64,000 nucleotides of DNA from assembly GCA_948467495.1 (NCBI GenBank), contig CAOKEO010000002.1, forward strand, positions 7,649-71,648, written 5' to 3'. The position numbers were made by a program, and so were the translations under genes. The notes under the pieces were generated by a model. The model saw only the letters and a program-made list of their open reading frames with translations, was not told the DNA's origin and ran no database searches. Source of the stretch: an uncultured Clostridium sp. (GTDB lineage Bacteria > Bacillota > Clostridia > TANB77 > CAG-508). Positions 9,347 to 20,003 of this stretch are shown here, piece after piece; position 1 is the stretch's first letter, and the number at the start of each line of letters is the position of its first letter.

Positions 9347-10255
9347 TTGGAGCGTTTTGTGATAAGAGAAGAAGATAAGGACCATCGAGTTGATAGTTTT
9401 TTAGCCCATAAAAAAGAAGGGCTTTCTAGAGTTACTGTTCAAAGATTGATAGAAGAAGAAAAGATATTAGTGAATGGAAAAAAAACGAAATCTTCTTATA
9501 AAATACAAGCGAAGGATAGGATAACAGTAGAAGAAGAAAAACCGAAAGAGATTGAATTGAAGGCACAAGATATTCCAGTGGAAATTATTTATGAAGATGC
9601 AGATATAATTGTTGTAAATAAACCAAAGGGAATGGTAGTTCACCCAGCCAATGGAAATCCAGATGGAACTTTGGTAAATGCTATTATGGCAATTTGTAAA
9701 GATTCTTTATCAGGAATTGGAGGAGAGATACGACCAGGAATTGTTCATAGAATTGACAAAGATACATCAGGAATTTTAATAATTGCTAAGAATGACAAAG
9801 CACATATTAATTTAAGTGAACAAATTAAAAAACATGAAATAGAAAAGACATATATAGCAATGGTAAGAGGAATGGTCAAAGAAAATGAAGCAACCATCAA
9901 TATGCCAATTGGAAGAAGTACGAGAGACAGAAAAAAAATGGCAGTAACGAAAAAAGGGAAAGAGGCAGTTACACATTTTAAAGTAATAAAGAGATTTTCC
10001 AACCACAATTGTACATTACTAGAAGTAAAAATAGAAACAGGAAGAACCCATCAAATTAGAGTGCATTTATCACAGATTGGTTATCCTATCATAGGAGATA
10101 CGGTATATTCCAATGGAAAAAATGAATGGGCTATTCAAGGTCAATGCTTACATGCTAAAAGCTTACAATTTAAACATCCAATAACAGGTAAGAAGATGTA
10201 TTTAGAAGCAGAATTACCAGCATATTTTCAGGCTATGATTTTGGAGATGGGTTAG
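9347..10255 (+). CDS. rluD: RluA-family 23S rRNA pseudouridine synthase (RluD-like)
   Basis: N-terminal S4 domain. Catalytic HRIDKDTSGILIIAKN and THQIRVHL motifs. TTG start. Confidence 0.85.
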   Translation: MERFVIREEDKDHRVDSFLAHKKEGLSRVTVQRLIEEEKILVNGKKTKSSYKIQAKDRITVEEEKPKEIELKAQDIPVEIIYEDADIIVVNKPKGMVVHPANGNPDGTLVNAIMAICKDSLSGIGGEIRPGIVHRIDKDTSGILIIAKNDKAHINLSEQIKKHEIEKTYIAMVRGMVKENEATINMPIGRSTRDRKKMAVTKKGKEAVTHFKVIKRFSNHNCTLLEVKIETGRTHQIRVHLSQIGYPIIGDTVYSNGKNEWAIQGQCLHAKSLQFKHPITGKKMYLEAELPAYFQAMILEMG

Positions 10256-10355
10256 CCTTGTGAGACAAAGGGAACTTAAATAATTTACATACAAGCTAGA
10301 AAAAACAAGTATTGAAGAAAAAGGAAGACAAAATTATGGATTAGGGGGGAAAAGT

Positions 10356-11072
10356 TTGGAATTTATAAGATTACAAAAATATTTAGCAGAAGCGGGAATT
10401 GCCTCTAGAAGAAAAGCAGAAGAATTGATTCAACAAGGAAAAGTTAAGGTAAATGATGTAATTGTAACAGAACTTGGAACCAAAGTAAACCCAGAAAAAG
10501 ATAAGATAGAATATGAAGGAAAAAGGATAGCAATAAAGGAAGAAAAAGTTTATATTTTATTAAATAAGCCTATCGGTTATGTGACAACAGCAAAAGACCA
10601 ATTTAATCGAGATTCTGTATTGGATTTAGTAAAGGTGAGACAAAGAATTGTTCCAGTGGGAAGATTAGACATGTACACATCAGGAGCCTTATTATTAACG
10701 AATGATGGAGATTTTATTTACCAAGTAACACATCCTAAGCATGAAATTGAAAAAAACTATACAGTTACAATAAAAGGAATTATTACCAAAACGACTATAG
10801 AGATGTTAAAAAAGGGTGTAAAAATTGAAGATTACGTTACAAGACCAGCTAAAGTAAAAATATTAAAAATAGAGGAAGAGAGAAATCAATCAAGGTTAGA
10901 AATTACAATACATGAAGGGAAAAATAGACAAGTTCGTAAAATGTGTGAAACAGTAGGACATAAGGTGTTAGCATTACATAGAAGTAAGATAGCAGGAATT
11001 GGCGTAAAAGAATTACCATTAGGAAAATGGAGATACCTAAGTAAAAATGAGATAAACCAAATTTTATCTTGA
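10356..11072 (+). CDS. rluB: RsuA/RluB-family rRNA pseudouridine synthase
   Basis: S4 domain (RLQKYLAEAGIASRR). Catalytic GRLDMYTSGALLLTNDG and KNRQVRKM motifs. Confidence 0.8.
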   Translation: MEFIRLQKYLAEAGIASRRKAEELIQQGKVKVNDVIVTELGTKVNPEKDKIEYEGKRIAIKEEKVYILLNKPIGYVTTAKDQFNRDSVLDLVKVRQRIVPVGRLDMYTSGALLLTNDGDFIYQVTHPKHEIEKNYTVTIKGIITKTTIEMLKKGVKIEDYVTRPAKVKILKIEEERNQSRLEITIHEGKNRQVRKMCETVGHKVLALHRSKIAGIGVKELPLGKWRYLSKNEINQILS

Positions 11073-11187
11073 AGATTGAAAAATGTTATAATTCACAGCT
11101 TAAATAAGTAATAAATTTGTATATAAAATTAATAACTGTGAATTTAACGAAAAAGCAAAAAAGCATTAAATTTTATCTTTAAGAAGG

Positions 11188-11216
11188 TTGAAAATAGAAT
11201 GGAAAACAGATATAAT
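11188..11216 (+). promoter_or_regulatory. Sigma-A type promoter (TTGAAA-17-TATAAT)
   Basis: ttgaaa 11188-11193, 17-nt spacer, tataat 11211-11216. Upstream of the S1-domain gene. Confidence 0.45.
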
Positions 11217-11251
11217 AAAACAAACAGAGGAAAAAGGAGAACGAGGAACGA

Positions 11252-12055
11252 ATGAATTCATTAAAATTCAAACCAGAAGGCTGGAATAATGAAATTACAC
11301 CACTAGACCAAGATAATATTAACCATTATTGGCAAAAAAAGGAAACGCTGCAAGGACTTGTTAAAAGTTGTGATAATGATTATAATTTATATATTCAATT
11401 TGAGAATGGATTAACAGGAATTATGCCAAGACAAGAAATAGAAGCAATTAACATAGGTGAAGAGGGATTACCAAAAACAAATTTATGTACTGGTAAAGTT
11501 CATAAATTTGTACAATTCAAAATAAAAGAGACAAAAGATGAGAACCGTGTGATTGTGTCTAGGAGAGAAGTGCAAGAAGAAGCTTTAGCTTGGGTAAAAA
11601 AAGATTTAAAAGAGGGAACAAAAGTAACAGGAATTGTGAAAAGTATCAAACCATATGGAGCTTTTATTGAGATTGGTGGAGGTATTGTAGGTCTAGCACA
11701 TATTGAAGATTTATCGGTGGCAAGAATTAAAACACCTTATGAAAGACTAAATATTGGACAAAAAGTGGAAGTTGTGGTAAAATCAATAGAAAGAGATACT
11801 GGTAAAGTCATTTTATCGTATAAAGAGACATTGGGGACATGGGAGGAAAATGTTAAAAATTTCATGACAGGTATGAAGACAAAAGGAATTGTGAGAGAAA
11901 CAGAAAAGCATAAAAATGGCATTTTTATAGAATTAGCTCCTAATTTAGTGGGAATGGCAGAATATGAAGAAGGGCTTACCTATGGACAACCAGTTGATGT
12001 CTATATCAAAAAGATAGATGACCAAAGAAAAAAGATAAAATTATTAATTGTATAG
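11252..12055 (+). CDS. S1 RNA-binding domain protein
   Basis: 267 aa with repeated S1-like units (GTKVTGIVKSIKPYGAFIEIGGGIVGLAHIEDLS; GMKTKGIVRETEKHKNGIFIELAPNLVGMAEY). Confidence 0.7.
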   Translation: MNSLKFKPEGWNNEITPLDQDNINHYWQKKETLQGLVKSCDNDYNLYIQFENGLTGIMPRQEIEAINIGEEGLPKTNLCTGKVHKFVQFKIKETKDENRVIVSRREVQEEALAWVKKDLKEGTKVTGIVKSIKPYGAFIEIGGGIVGLAHIEDLSVARIKTPYERLNIGQKVEVVVKSIERDTGKVILSYKETLGTWEENVKNFMTGMKTKGIVRETEKHKNGIFIELAPNLVGMAEYEEGLTYGQPVDVYIKKIDDQRKKIKLLIV

Positions 12056-12067
12056 GAGGGATTTAAA

Positions 12068-13003
12068 ATGGTTGAAGATAACCAAATTAAAGCACAAGTA
12101 TCACCATTTGCTATTAGGGAAGGTGAAATCAAAACATTTGATGGGAAGGATGGATATGTATCCATGAACCAAATTGTCCATAAGATAGACATAGGACATA
12201 TTAATGAAATTCATTTTGCTATTTTAGAATTAGTCAATGAATTTGAGTTTATTACCTCAAGACAGTTGTATCAAATGCTAGAGATTAAGGGGATTGACCC
12301 AAAATCTCAAGATAAGTTGAATAATAAATTAGATCAACTTGTAAAATCTAAAATATTAACAAGATATTATTTTACTTCTGATGAAGGAAAAGGAATTTAT
12401 AGAATCTATTGTTTGGAAAAAATGGGAAAATATTTGTTAAATTCAAAAGAAATTGAATGTAAATGGCAACCTTCTGATAATACAAAACCAGTTCCTATGA
12501 TTAAAAAAAGATTAGCAGGAAATCAAACACTGATTGCTTATTTAAGAAAAGTAAAAGCTTTTGATAGCTATGTGGTAAAACCTGCAATTACTGCGAAGGT
12601 ACTAGGAAAGGTTTTTAAAGCAACAGGTGGAAGTGTAAAATTAACCAAAAACCGTAAATCCATTCAGTTTGTATTTGAAGTAATTAGAAGAGAAGATGAC
12701 TGGCAAAAGAAGGCAGTAGATAAAATAAGACTATATAAAGAATTCTATGAAAACTTTGTAGCAGGCGATTCTGGCTTTACTGGTATGCCACAATTGATTT
12801 TAATTTGTGAAGATGAAAAACATATGGCTGAGACTTTTAGAGAAATTGTGAAAAATCAAGTGGAAATTCCACAAATTAAATTATATTTTTCTACTGACTT
12901 AAGACAAAATAAGGAGACTTTGGAGGATACCTTAGTAGAATTTGTTTTAGTAAATGGTAAATATAAAATGGAAAATATTGAATTAAAATTATTAGGAATG
13001 TAA
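12068..13003 (+). CDS. Hypothetical protein (possible winged-helix / replication-relaxation-like N-domain)
   Basis: 311-aa ORF with the RBS ggagggatttaaaatg, 12 nt after the S1 gene. HFAILELVNEFEFITSRQLYQML resembles a wHTH. The assignment is weak. Confidence 0.45.
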   Translation: MVEDNQIKAQVSPFAIREGEIKTFDGKDGYVSMNQIVHKIDIGHINEIHFAILELVNEFEFITSRQLYQMLEIKGIDPKSQDKLNNKLDQLVKSKILTRYYFTSDEGKGIYRIYCLEKMGKYLLNSKEIECKWQPSDNTKPVPMIKKRLAGNQTLIAYLRKVKAFDSYVVKPAITAKVLGKVFKATGGSVKLTKNRKSIQFVFEVIRREDDWQKKAVDKIRLYKEFYENFVAGDSGFTGMPQLILICEDEKHMAETFREIVKNQVEIPQIKLYFSTDLRQNKETLEDTLVEFVLVNGKYKMENIELKLLGM

Positions 13004-13017
13004 CAAGATTTCGAAGA

Positions 13018-13231
13018 TTGCCAAGAGGGACAAACCTTTTTGGCAATTTTTAAAATAATCAATAAAAGGTTATTATGATTTTTTATTTGCAACTCCCAAC
13101 ATCACACAGTCTGTAAATTCTTAACAGACTGTAGGTTTGTTGGTCCCCCCCGAAATGTTGCTTCATAAAAAATATAATAACCTTCTAATAAGATAATAAG
13201 AATTGCCAAAAAGGTTTGTCCCTCTTGGCAA
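13018..13231. mobile_element. Nested-palindromic MITE-like intergenic element with perfect 29-bp terminal inverted repeats
   Basis: ttgccaagagggacaaacctttttggcaa (13018-13046) is the exact reverse complement of 13203-13231. An inner inverted repeat is aaggttattat.../...ataataacctt. The core is gcaactcccaaca-[acagtctgt...acagactgt hairpin]-tgttggtcccccccgaaatgttgc. The element lies between convergent genes. Confidence 0.75.
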
Positions 13232-13244
13232 TCTTTCTAGCTTT

Positions 13245-13978
13245 TTAAGTAATTCCCAGAATCTTTTTGGCTCTTTCCACATCTTTGGAATTCGCATTTC
13301 TAACATTTTCTAGGGCATAGTTGAGCCCAAGTTTCTTCCATTTGAATTTTCCCATATCATGATAAGGAAGAATTTCAACTTTTTGAACAGTTTTTAGATT
13401 AGCAATAAAGGCTTTTAGTTGAAGTAAATCTTCTTCATCATCTGTATAACCAGGAATTAAAACTTGTCGAATCCAGATGGGAATGTGATTGTCGCTTAAA
13501 TAGTTAGCAAATGACAATTCTAATTGATTCGACATGCCAACTAATTCTTTACTTTTTTTATCGTTAATATGCTTGATGTCCAATAAAACTAAATCTGTTA
13601 GAGATAATACTTTTTTTATATCATCTGTTAAAGCAACCATTCCGTGATGTATCAATACAGGTGTGGATATTTTGTTCTTTTAATCGACTAAAAAGTTCAA
13701 TTAGAAATTTGACTTGCAAGAGAGGTTCTCCGCCAGTAACTGTAACACCACCGATTGGGATAAATATAATTTTTATAATGCAAAATTTTATCAAAAATGT
13801 CATCTAGTGATTTATAGTTTCCACCATTTATATCCCAAGTATCACGATTGTGGCAGTATTTGCATTCTAAATGACATCCTTGTAAAAAAAGTACAAATCG
13901 AATTCCAGGTCCATCTACAGTACCAAAAGATTCGATGGAGTGAACTTTGGCATAATATCTTAAATCTTTTTTTTCCAT
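13245..13978 (-). CDS. pflA: Pyruvate formate-lyase activating enzyme (radical SAM); needs two +1 skips at in-frame CGG (C = complement of 13753 and of 13644)
   Basis: The [10 protein letters not shown] radical-SAM cluster motif is present. Three track ORFs (13697-13978, 13621-13803, 13245-13655) join into [17 protein letters not shown] and [17 protein letters not shown], giving a 243-aa product. The gene is directly downstream of pflB. Confidence 0.9.
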
Positions 13979-14002
13979 TTCTTGCTCCTACATCTCCACG
14001 TG

Positions 14003-16240
14003 TTAGATTTTTTCATGAATGGTTCTATTGATAACATCCAATTGTTGTTCTCTTGTTAGTTTTGTGAAGTTTACAGCGTAGCCAGAAACTCTAATGGTTA
14101 ATTGAGGGTATTTTTCAGGATGTTCCATAGCATCTTCTAGTAAGCTTCTATCAAATACATTAACATTGATGTGATGTCCAGTTTGAGCAAAATAGCCATC
14201 TAACATGTTGACTAAGTTAGCAATTCTTTCGTCTTCTGATTTTCCAAGTGTTCCTGGTGTGATAGAGAAGGTGTATGAAATACCATCTTCTGATGAGTCG
14301 AAAGGAAGTTTCGCGATTGAATTCATAACCGATAAAGCTCCATTGGTATCTCTTCCATGTAAAGGATTAGCACCAGGTCCAAATGGTTCACCAGCTCTTC
14401 TTCCATCTGGTGTATTTCCAGTTGCTTTGCCATAAACTACATTGGAAGTGATGGTTAAAATTGATAAAGTGTGTTTTGCGTTTCGATATGTTTGATGTCT
14501 TCTTAATTTATTCATAAACGTTTTTACAATGTCAACCGCAATTTGGTCAACTCTATCATCGTCATTTCCGTATTTCGGAAAATCGCCTTCTGTAAGATAA
14601 TCAATGGCTAGACCTGTTTCATCACGAACCACTTTTACTTTGGCATATTTAATAGCAGATAGAGAATCGGCAACAACAGATAATCCAGCAATTCCGCAAG
14701 CCATAGTACGAAGAATTTCTCTATCATGTAGTGCCATTTCAATTGCTTCATACGAATATTTGTCATGCATATAATGGATGATATTTAATGCTTTGATATA
14801 GATTTTTGCTACATAATCCATCATCTGATTGAATTTTTCCATGACTTCATCATAGTCTAAATATTCAGAAGTAATTGGCTCAAATTTTGGTGCTACCTGT
14901 TTTCCGGACATGGCATCTCTACCACCATTGATAGCATATAATAATGTTTTGGCTAAGTTTGCTCTAGCACCAAAGAATTGCATTTGTTTTCCTATTTTCA
15001 TTGGTGACACACAACAAGCAATACCATAGTCATCTCCTAAGGTAATTCTCATTAGGTCGTCATTTTCATATTGAATAGATGATGTATGAATAGATAACTT
15101 AGTAGTATATTTTTTAAATCCTTCTGGTAGCTTGGTAGACCATAAGACGGTTAAGTTTGGTTCTGGTGCAGGACCTAATGTTTCAAGTGTATGAAGAATT
15201 CTAAAAGAGTTTTTGGTAACTAAGGTTCTTCCATCAATGCCCATCCCTCCAATGCTTTCGGTTACCCATACAGGATCTCCACTAAATAATTCATTGTATT
15301 CAGGTGTTCTCAAGAAACGTACTAATCTTAATTTCATAACAAAATGATCCATAATTTCTTGGGCTTCTGATTCGGTTAATATTCCATTTTTTAAGTCTCT
15401 TTCAAAATAAATATCTAAAAAGCTTGATGTTCTTCCGATACTCATAGCAGCACCGTTTTGGTCTTTGATGGCAGCTAAATAACCAAAGTATAACCATTGT
15501 ACAGCTTCTTTTGCATTTGATGCTGGATTGGCAATATCAAATCCGTATTTTGAAGCCATTATTTTTAATTCATTTAAAGCCTTAATTTGTTCGCTAATTT
15601 CTTCTCTTTCACGAATGACAGTTTCTGTCATTTCATCTACATTTAAAACACATAATTCTTCTTTCTTTTCTTCGATTAAAGCATCAACACCATATAAGGC
15701 AACTCTTCTATAATCTCCAATAATTCTTCCACGTCCGTAACCATCTGGAAGTCCTGTAATTAAGTGAGAACTTCTGGCTGCTCTAATATCTGGTGTGTAC
15801 ACACTAAATACACCATCATTATGGGTTTTTCTGTATTTATGGAAAATTTCATCTGTTTGTGGGTCTACTTTTCTTCCATAAGCTTCACAAGATTTTTCTA
15901 CAATTCGAATTCCACCAAATGGCATGATGGCCCTTTTTAAAGGTGCATCTGTTTGCAATCCAACAATATCTTCTAAATCTTTGTTGATATAACCTGCTTC
16001 ATGGCTAGCAATCGTAGATGCTGTTTTGGTATCAATATCTAAAACACTACCAGGTGCATCATGTTCTTTTTTGTATAGTTCTAACACCTCATTCCATAAT
16101 TTTTTTGTTTTTTCAGTAGCTTCTTCTAAGAAATTACTGTCACCTTCATATGGTGTGTAATTTTTTTGAATAAAGTCCCTGACATTTATTTCATCTTGCC
16201 AGTCTCCTAAATTAAATCCTTTCCATTGTTCAAATTTCAT
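14003..16240 (-). CDS. pflB: Formate C-acetyltransferase (pyruvate formate-lyase)
   Basis: Glycyl-radical motif [11 protein letters not shown] and active-site GIACCVSPM. Start chosen at MKFEQWKGF (ATG 16240) behind the RBS aaaggaggcaaatat. 745 aa. Confidence 0.95.
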   Translation of the reverse strand: MKFEQWKGFNLGDWQDEINVRDFIQKNYTPYEGDSNFLEEATEKTKKLWNEVLELYKKEHDAPGSVLDIDTKTASTIASHEAGYINKDLEDIVGLQTDAPLKRAIMPFGGIRIVEKSCEAYGRKVDPQTDEIFHKYRKTHNDGVFSVYTPDIRAARSSHLITGLPDGYGRGRIIGDYRRVALYGVDALIEEKKEELCVLNVDEMTETVIREREEISEQIKALNELKIMASKYGFDIANPASNAKEAVQWLYFGYLAAIKDQNGAAMSIGRTSSFLDIYFERDLKNGILTESEAQEIMDHFVMKLRLVRFLRTPEYNELFSGDPVWVTESIGGMGIDGRTLVTKNSFRILHTLETLGPAPEPNLTVLWSTKLPEGFKKYTTKLSIHTSSIQYENDDLMRITLGDDYGIACCVSPMKIGKQMQFFGARANLAKTLLYAINGGRDAMSGKQVAPKFEPITSEYLDYDEVMEKFNQMMDYVAKIYIKALNIIHYMHDKYSYEAIEMALHDREILRTMACGIAGLSVVADSLSAIKYAKVKVVRDETGLAIDYLTEGDFPKYGNDDDRVDQIAVDIVKTFMNKLRRHQTYRNAKHTLSILTITSNVVYGKATGNTPDGRRAGEPFGPGANPLHGRDTNGALSVMNSIAKLPFDSSEDGISYTFSITPGTLGKSEDERIANLVNMLDGYFAQTGHHINVNVFDRSLLEDAMEHPEKYPQLTIRVSGYAVNFTKLTREQQLDVINRTIHEKI

Positions 16241-16348
16241 ATATTTGCCTCCTTTAATATTATATATTATTAACATTTTTACCATATATTATCATAACAT
16301 ATGAAAATAATATTAGCAATATTTTCAATTAATTTTATGTGATATCTT

Positions 16349-16500
16349 GTAATGATTCAGAGGTGATATATTCCAAATTAGAAAGTTTATTGGTAACTCC
16401 CAGCTGCGAACAGACTGTAATCTTGCTGGTCCCCCCGAATTGTTACATCATAAAAAATATAGAAACTTTTATGGCAAAAAACAAAACCTCTGAATTTTAC
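16349..16500 (-). mobile_element. MITE-like repeat element (arms plus core), copy A
   Basis: The arm gtaatgattcagaggtgatatattccaaattagaaagttt and the arm aaacttttatggcaaaaaacaaaacctctgaattttac flank the core gtaactcccagc...gctggtccccccgaattgttac. The flanks are gatatctt / gatatgtc, an imperfect 8-bp direct repeat. Confidence 0.7.
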
Positions 16501-16558
16501 GATATGTCTCCTGTTGCACAATAAAAAAACCAATATGTTTCATATTGGCTTACAGCTA

Positions 16559-16897
16559 TTATTCTGCTTCAAAATCAGTTTCAACGATTGCCTTAGCAAC
16601 ATTATAGATAAGTTTTTGCTTTTCTGGTGAACAACCTTTTATTAATTCTGAAAATTCTTTATTCAAATAATTTTTGGAGCTACTAGAAGCACCATTTAAT
16701 ACATAACCTTCTGTAACATCTAATAAGCCACATAGTTGATTTAATCTTTTTAAATTTATATGAGAATTTCCTCTTTCTACTCTACTTAAGAAAGCGACAG
16801 AAATATCAATTTGTTCTGCTAAATCTTCTTGTGTTAAATTTTTAGCAAGTCTTGCTTGTTTAATTCTCTGACCAATTACTGTATAATCTAATGCCAT
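16559..16897 (-). CDS. XRE-family helix-turn-helix transcriptional regulator
   Basis: 112 aa. IGQRIKQARLAKNLTQEDLAEQIDISVAFLSRVERG is a canonical Cro/C1 HTH. Confidence 0.8.
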   Translation of the reverse strand: MALDYTVIGQRIKQARLAKNLTQEDLAEQIDISVAFLSRVERGNSHINLKRLNQLCGLLDVTEGYVLNGASSSSKNYLNKEFSELIKGCSPEKQKLIYNVAKAIVETDFEAE

Positions 16898-17215
16898 TTT
16901 ATTACCACCCTTCTAAGGCATAAATTAATTGCCTTTCTATTCTATGTTACTTAATATAGCATTTTATAGTTTAAATTTACAGAAACTAAAATGTACAAAC
17001 GGAACTTATTAGTTAAAAAATAAAAATAATAATTTTAAAAGAAAAGAATACAATAAATAGAGTGAATTGTATAATAACCAATACTGTAAAAGAGAAAAAG
17101 AGAGAAATAGAGAGGAAAATAAAGTAAAAAGGAGCAAAAAACAAGAAAACTGGAAAATAAATCCATCTAATAGTTAGAAAGATTGGGAAATAGAAGCAAA
17201 ATCAGTATACATAAT

Positions 17216-17244
17216 TTGAAAATGGGGAGAATATATGGTATAAT
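17216..17244 (+). promoter_or_regulatory. Sigma-A type promoter (TTGAAA-17-TATAAT, TG-extended)
   Basis: ttgaaa 17216-17221, 17-nt spacer ending in tgg, tataat 17239-17244. Upstream of the M23 peptidase gene. Confidence 0.45.
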
Positions 17245-17292
17245 AAAGTTTAGTTGTGTAGGAAAAACATGGGATTTTAAATATAAAGGGGA

Positions 17293-18294
17293 GTGGATTC
17301 TATTTTAAACAAGAAGTTGAAATACTATACAAAAGAAATGTTAAAATACTTTAACATCATAATGATAGGAATTGGTTTTGTTCTTACTGTTGTATTCCTA
17401 AAATATAAACCGATGTATAAGGTAAGTATTTCTGGAAGTGAAATAGGATATATACAAAATAAAGAAGCCTTAGAAGAAAAAGTAAAAGAAGCTATTCTAC
17501 AAAAAGAGGAGAAAAATGTAGATACCATTGATATCAAAAATGGTCCTAGATATGAGTTAAAATTAGTGGATAAGACAATAGAACCAAAAGAAAAGGAAAT
17601 GATAGCTAATCTTGAAAAGGATTTGGATGTTGCAATTACTTATAAATACTATGAAATTGCTTCTAATCAGGAAATAATGGCATTAGTCAATACAATGGAA
17701 GAAGCTGAAAAATTAGTAAATCAAGTCAAAGACGAAAATCAAAATAAAGAATTAAATTTGAGCATTGTAGAAAAATATACAGAAAAGGAAGAAGAGGTAA
17801 ACACAAATAATCTTGAAGTTGCTAAAAATAATATTCAAACAAAAATGAATGAAATGTCTAATAAACAACAAGAACAAAAAGATAAGAAAGAAAATCAAAT
17901 AACAGAAGTTAATGGTATTAAATTAGCTTGTAAACCTGTATCAGGGATAATATCTTCTCGTTATGGAGTTAGTAGTAATATTAGAAGTTCAAATCATACA
18001 GGGTTAGATATTGCTAGTCCATCTGGAACACCAATTAAAGTAGTAGCAGATGGAACTGTAACACAGGCAAGTTATAAAGGCTCTTATGGAAATTTAGTGA
18101 AAGTAGATCATGGAAACGGTTTAGAGACTTGGTATGCACATACTAGTAAGATGTATGTAAAAGTGGGGCAAAAGGTAAAGGCAGGTGAAGTGATTGCTGC
18201 TGTTGGTTCAACTGGAAATTCGACAGGTTCACATTTGCATTTAGAAATTAGGATTCAAGGAAAACATGTAAATCCACAAAAATATTTATATTAG
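17293..18294 (+). CDS. Membrane-anchored M23 family metallopeptidase
   Basis: N-terminal TM segment ([15 protein letters not shown]). C-terminal [14 protein letters not shown] ... [13 protein letters not shown] (HxxxD and HxH motifs). GTG start. Confidence 0.8.
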   Translation: MDSILNKKLKYYTKEMLKYFNIIMIGIGFVLTVVFLKYKPMYKVSISGSEIGYIQNKEALEEKVKEAILQKEEKNVDTIDIKNGPRYELKLVDKTIEPKEKEMIANLEKDLDVAITYKYYEIASNQEIMALVNTMEEAEKLVNQVKDENQNKELNLSIVEKYTEKEEEVNTNNLEVAKNNIQTKMNEMSNKQQEQKDKKENQITEVNGIKLACKPVSGIISSRYGVSSNIRSSNHTGLDIASPSGTPIKVVADGTVTQASYKGSYGNLVKVDHGNGLETWYAHTSKMYVKVGQKVKAGEVIAAVGSTGNSTGSHLHLEIRIQGKHVNPQKYLY

Positions 18295-18312
18295 TAAAAT
18301 GGAAACTAAAAA

Positions 18313-18371
18313 GTAACAATTTAGACGTCTTGTTTTTTGGCGATAAAAGTTTTTATATTTTTAATAGTTAC
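18313..18371 (+). repeat. Arm-only fragment of the MITE-like family
   Basis: gtaacaatttagacgtcttgttttttggcgataaaagtttttatatttttaatagttac aligns with the left arm of copy B (29336-29396). It is bounded by gtaac/gttac. Confidence 0.5.
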
Positions 18372-18373
18372 TT

Positions 18374-18409
18374 AAAAAACTATGCTCTTGACAAAAGCAT
18401 AGTTTTTTT
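18374..18409 (+). terminator. Rho-independent terminator (or pyrBI leader attenuator)
   Basis: aaaaaactatgct-cttgacaa-agcatagttttttt. No PyrR binding-loop motif was seen. Confidence 0.55.
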
Positions 18410-18467
18410 GATAAAAATAAAGAAAGCTGAAAGGTACAATTATAGGAAGAAGGGAATGAAGATTAAA

Positions 18468-19382
18468 ATGAAACATTTAATTGATATTAAAGATTTGTCA
18501 GTAGAGGAAATCAACCAATTAATTGAGGTAGCTAAAGATATTATCGCAAATAAGGAAAAATATTTGCACAAATGCGATGGTAAAAAAATGGCTACTTTAT
18601 TTTTTGAGCCAAGTACAAGAACTAGACTTAGCTTTGAAGCAGCTATGATGGAGCTAGGGGGAAATATACTTGGTTTTTCAGAGGCTTCATCTAGTTCTGT
18701 ATCAAAAGGAGAAAGCGTATCTGATACCGTAAGAGTAGTAGGAGCTTATAGTGATATTATTGTTATGAGACATCCAAAAGAAGGGGCACCACTAGTTGCT
18801 TGTAAAAAATCAACAGTACCAATTATTAATGCTGGTGATGGCGGACACAATCATCCAACACAAACATTAACAGATTTATTAACCATTCAATGTGAGAAAA
18901 AAAGATTAGATAATTTGACCATAGGTCTTTGCGGTGATTTGAAATTTGGAAGAACCGTACACTCTTTAATAACAGCAATGTCAAGATATAAAAAGATTAA
19001 GTTTGTATTAATTTCGCCAAAGGAACTAGTTATTCCCGAGTATATCAAAAAAGATATTTTAGAGAAGAATGGTATAGAATATTACGAGACAACTGATATA
19101 GAAGAATATATAGATAAATTAGATGTTTTATATATGACAAGGGTACAAAAAGAAAGGTTTTTTAATGAAGATGATTATGTTAGATTAAAAGATTATTACA
19201 TTTTAGAAAAACAAAAATTAGAAAAGGCAAAAGAAGATTTATGTATTATGCATCCATTACCAAGGGTGAATGAAATTGCAACTGATGTCGATGATGATAA
19301 AAGGGCATGCTATTTTAAACAAGCAGAGTATGGGAAGTATATTAGGATGGCACTTGTTTTGAAATTATTGGAGGTTAAATAA
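18468..19382 (+). CDS. pyrB: Aspartate carbamoyltransferase catalytic subunit
   Basis: [13 protein letters not shown] and HPLPR motifs. Start chosen at [11 protein letters not shown] (ATG 18468); ATG 18456 is also possible. 304 aa. Confidence 0.9.
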   Translation: MKHLIDIKDLSVEEINQLIEVAKDIIANKEKYLHKCDGKKMATLFFEPSTRTRLSFEAAMMELGGNILGFSEASSSSVSKGESVSDTVRVVGAYSDIIVMRHPKEGAPLVACKKSTVPIINAGDGGHNHPTQTLTDLLTIQCEKKRLDNLTIGLCGDLKFGRTVHSLITAMSRYKKIKFVLISPKELVIPEYIKKDILEKNGIEYYETTDIEEYIDKLDVLYMTRVQKERFFNEDDYVRLKDYYILEKQKLEKAKEDLCIMHPLPRVNEIATDVDDDKRACYFKQAEYGKYIRMALVLKLLEVK

Positions 19383-19799
19383 ATGAATATAGATAGTATT
19401 AAAAATGGAATAGTAATAGATCATATTGAAGCTAAAAAGGGAATGGAAATATACGAATTATTAAATTTAAAAGATTTGGATTGCTCAGTTGCTATTATAA
19501 CCAATGCCAAAAGTAAGAAAATGGGTAGAAAAGATATTATAAAAATTGATAAAGATATGGAAATTAATATGGATATGATAGGTTTTATAGAACCAAATGC
19601 TACGATTAATGTTGTTAAAGATAGTAAATTAGTAGATAAATATCGTGTGCAATTACCAGAAAAGATTGTAAATATTGTAAAATGTCATAATCCAAGATGT
19701 ATTACTTCCATAGAAAAAGATTTAGATCAAATCTTTACTTTAACCGATAAAGAAAATCAAGTTTATCGTTGTGAATATTGTGAAATGAGCTTGAAATAA
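19383..19799 (+). CDS. pyrI: Aspartate carbamoyltransferase regulatory subunit
   Basis: 138 aa. C-terminal zinc domain CHNPRCIT...YRCEYCE. The start abuts the pyrB stop. Confidence 0.9.
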   Translation: MNIDSIKNGIVIDHIEAKKGMEIYELLNLKDLDCSVAIITNAKSKKMGRKDIIKIDKDMEINMDMIGFIEPNATINVVKDSKLVDKYRVQLPEKIVNIVKCHNPRCITSIEKDLDQIFTLTDKENQVYRCEYCEMSLK

Positions 19800-20003
19800 G
19801 TTTTCATAGAAGAAAGGCGCCTAAAGGAATTAGACGCTTTTGGCTTATTTAGTGTATATTTTGATGAGTTTTTAATAAAATGTAATAAGGATTTTTAGAA
19901 AAAATATTTAAAAAACTATACAAAAAATTATTTTAGTTATATAATGTAAAAAAATAGGATAGTAGTAAAGTAGCATTGTTGTAAATAGAAGGGATGGTTA
20001 GAG

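Noticed and set aside
13245-13978. Treating 13245-13655, 13621-13803 and 13697-13978 (and likewise 22705-23577 with 23424-23861, and 47759-48004 with 47982-49361) as separate overlapping genes
   Set aside because: The pieces are consecutive segments of single conserved proteins (PflA, FtsW, the cohesin protein) and join precisely at CGG sites.
17087-17160. Purine-rich tract upstream of the M23 peptidase gene
   Set aside because: It is AT/purine-rich leader or promoter DNA with scattered pyrimidines. It has no repeat unit, ORF or structure.
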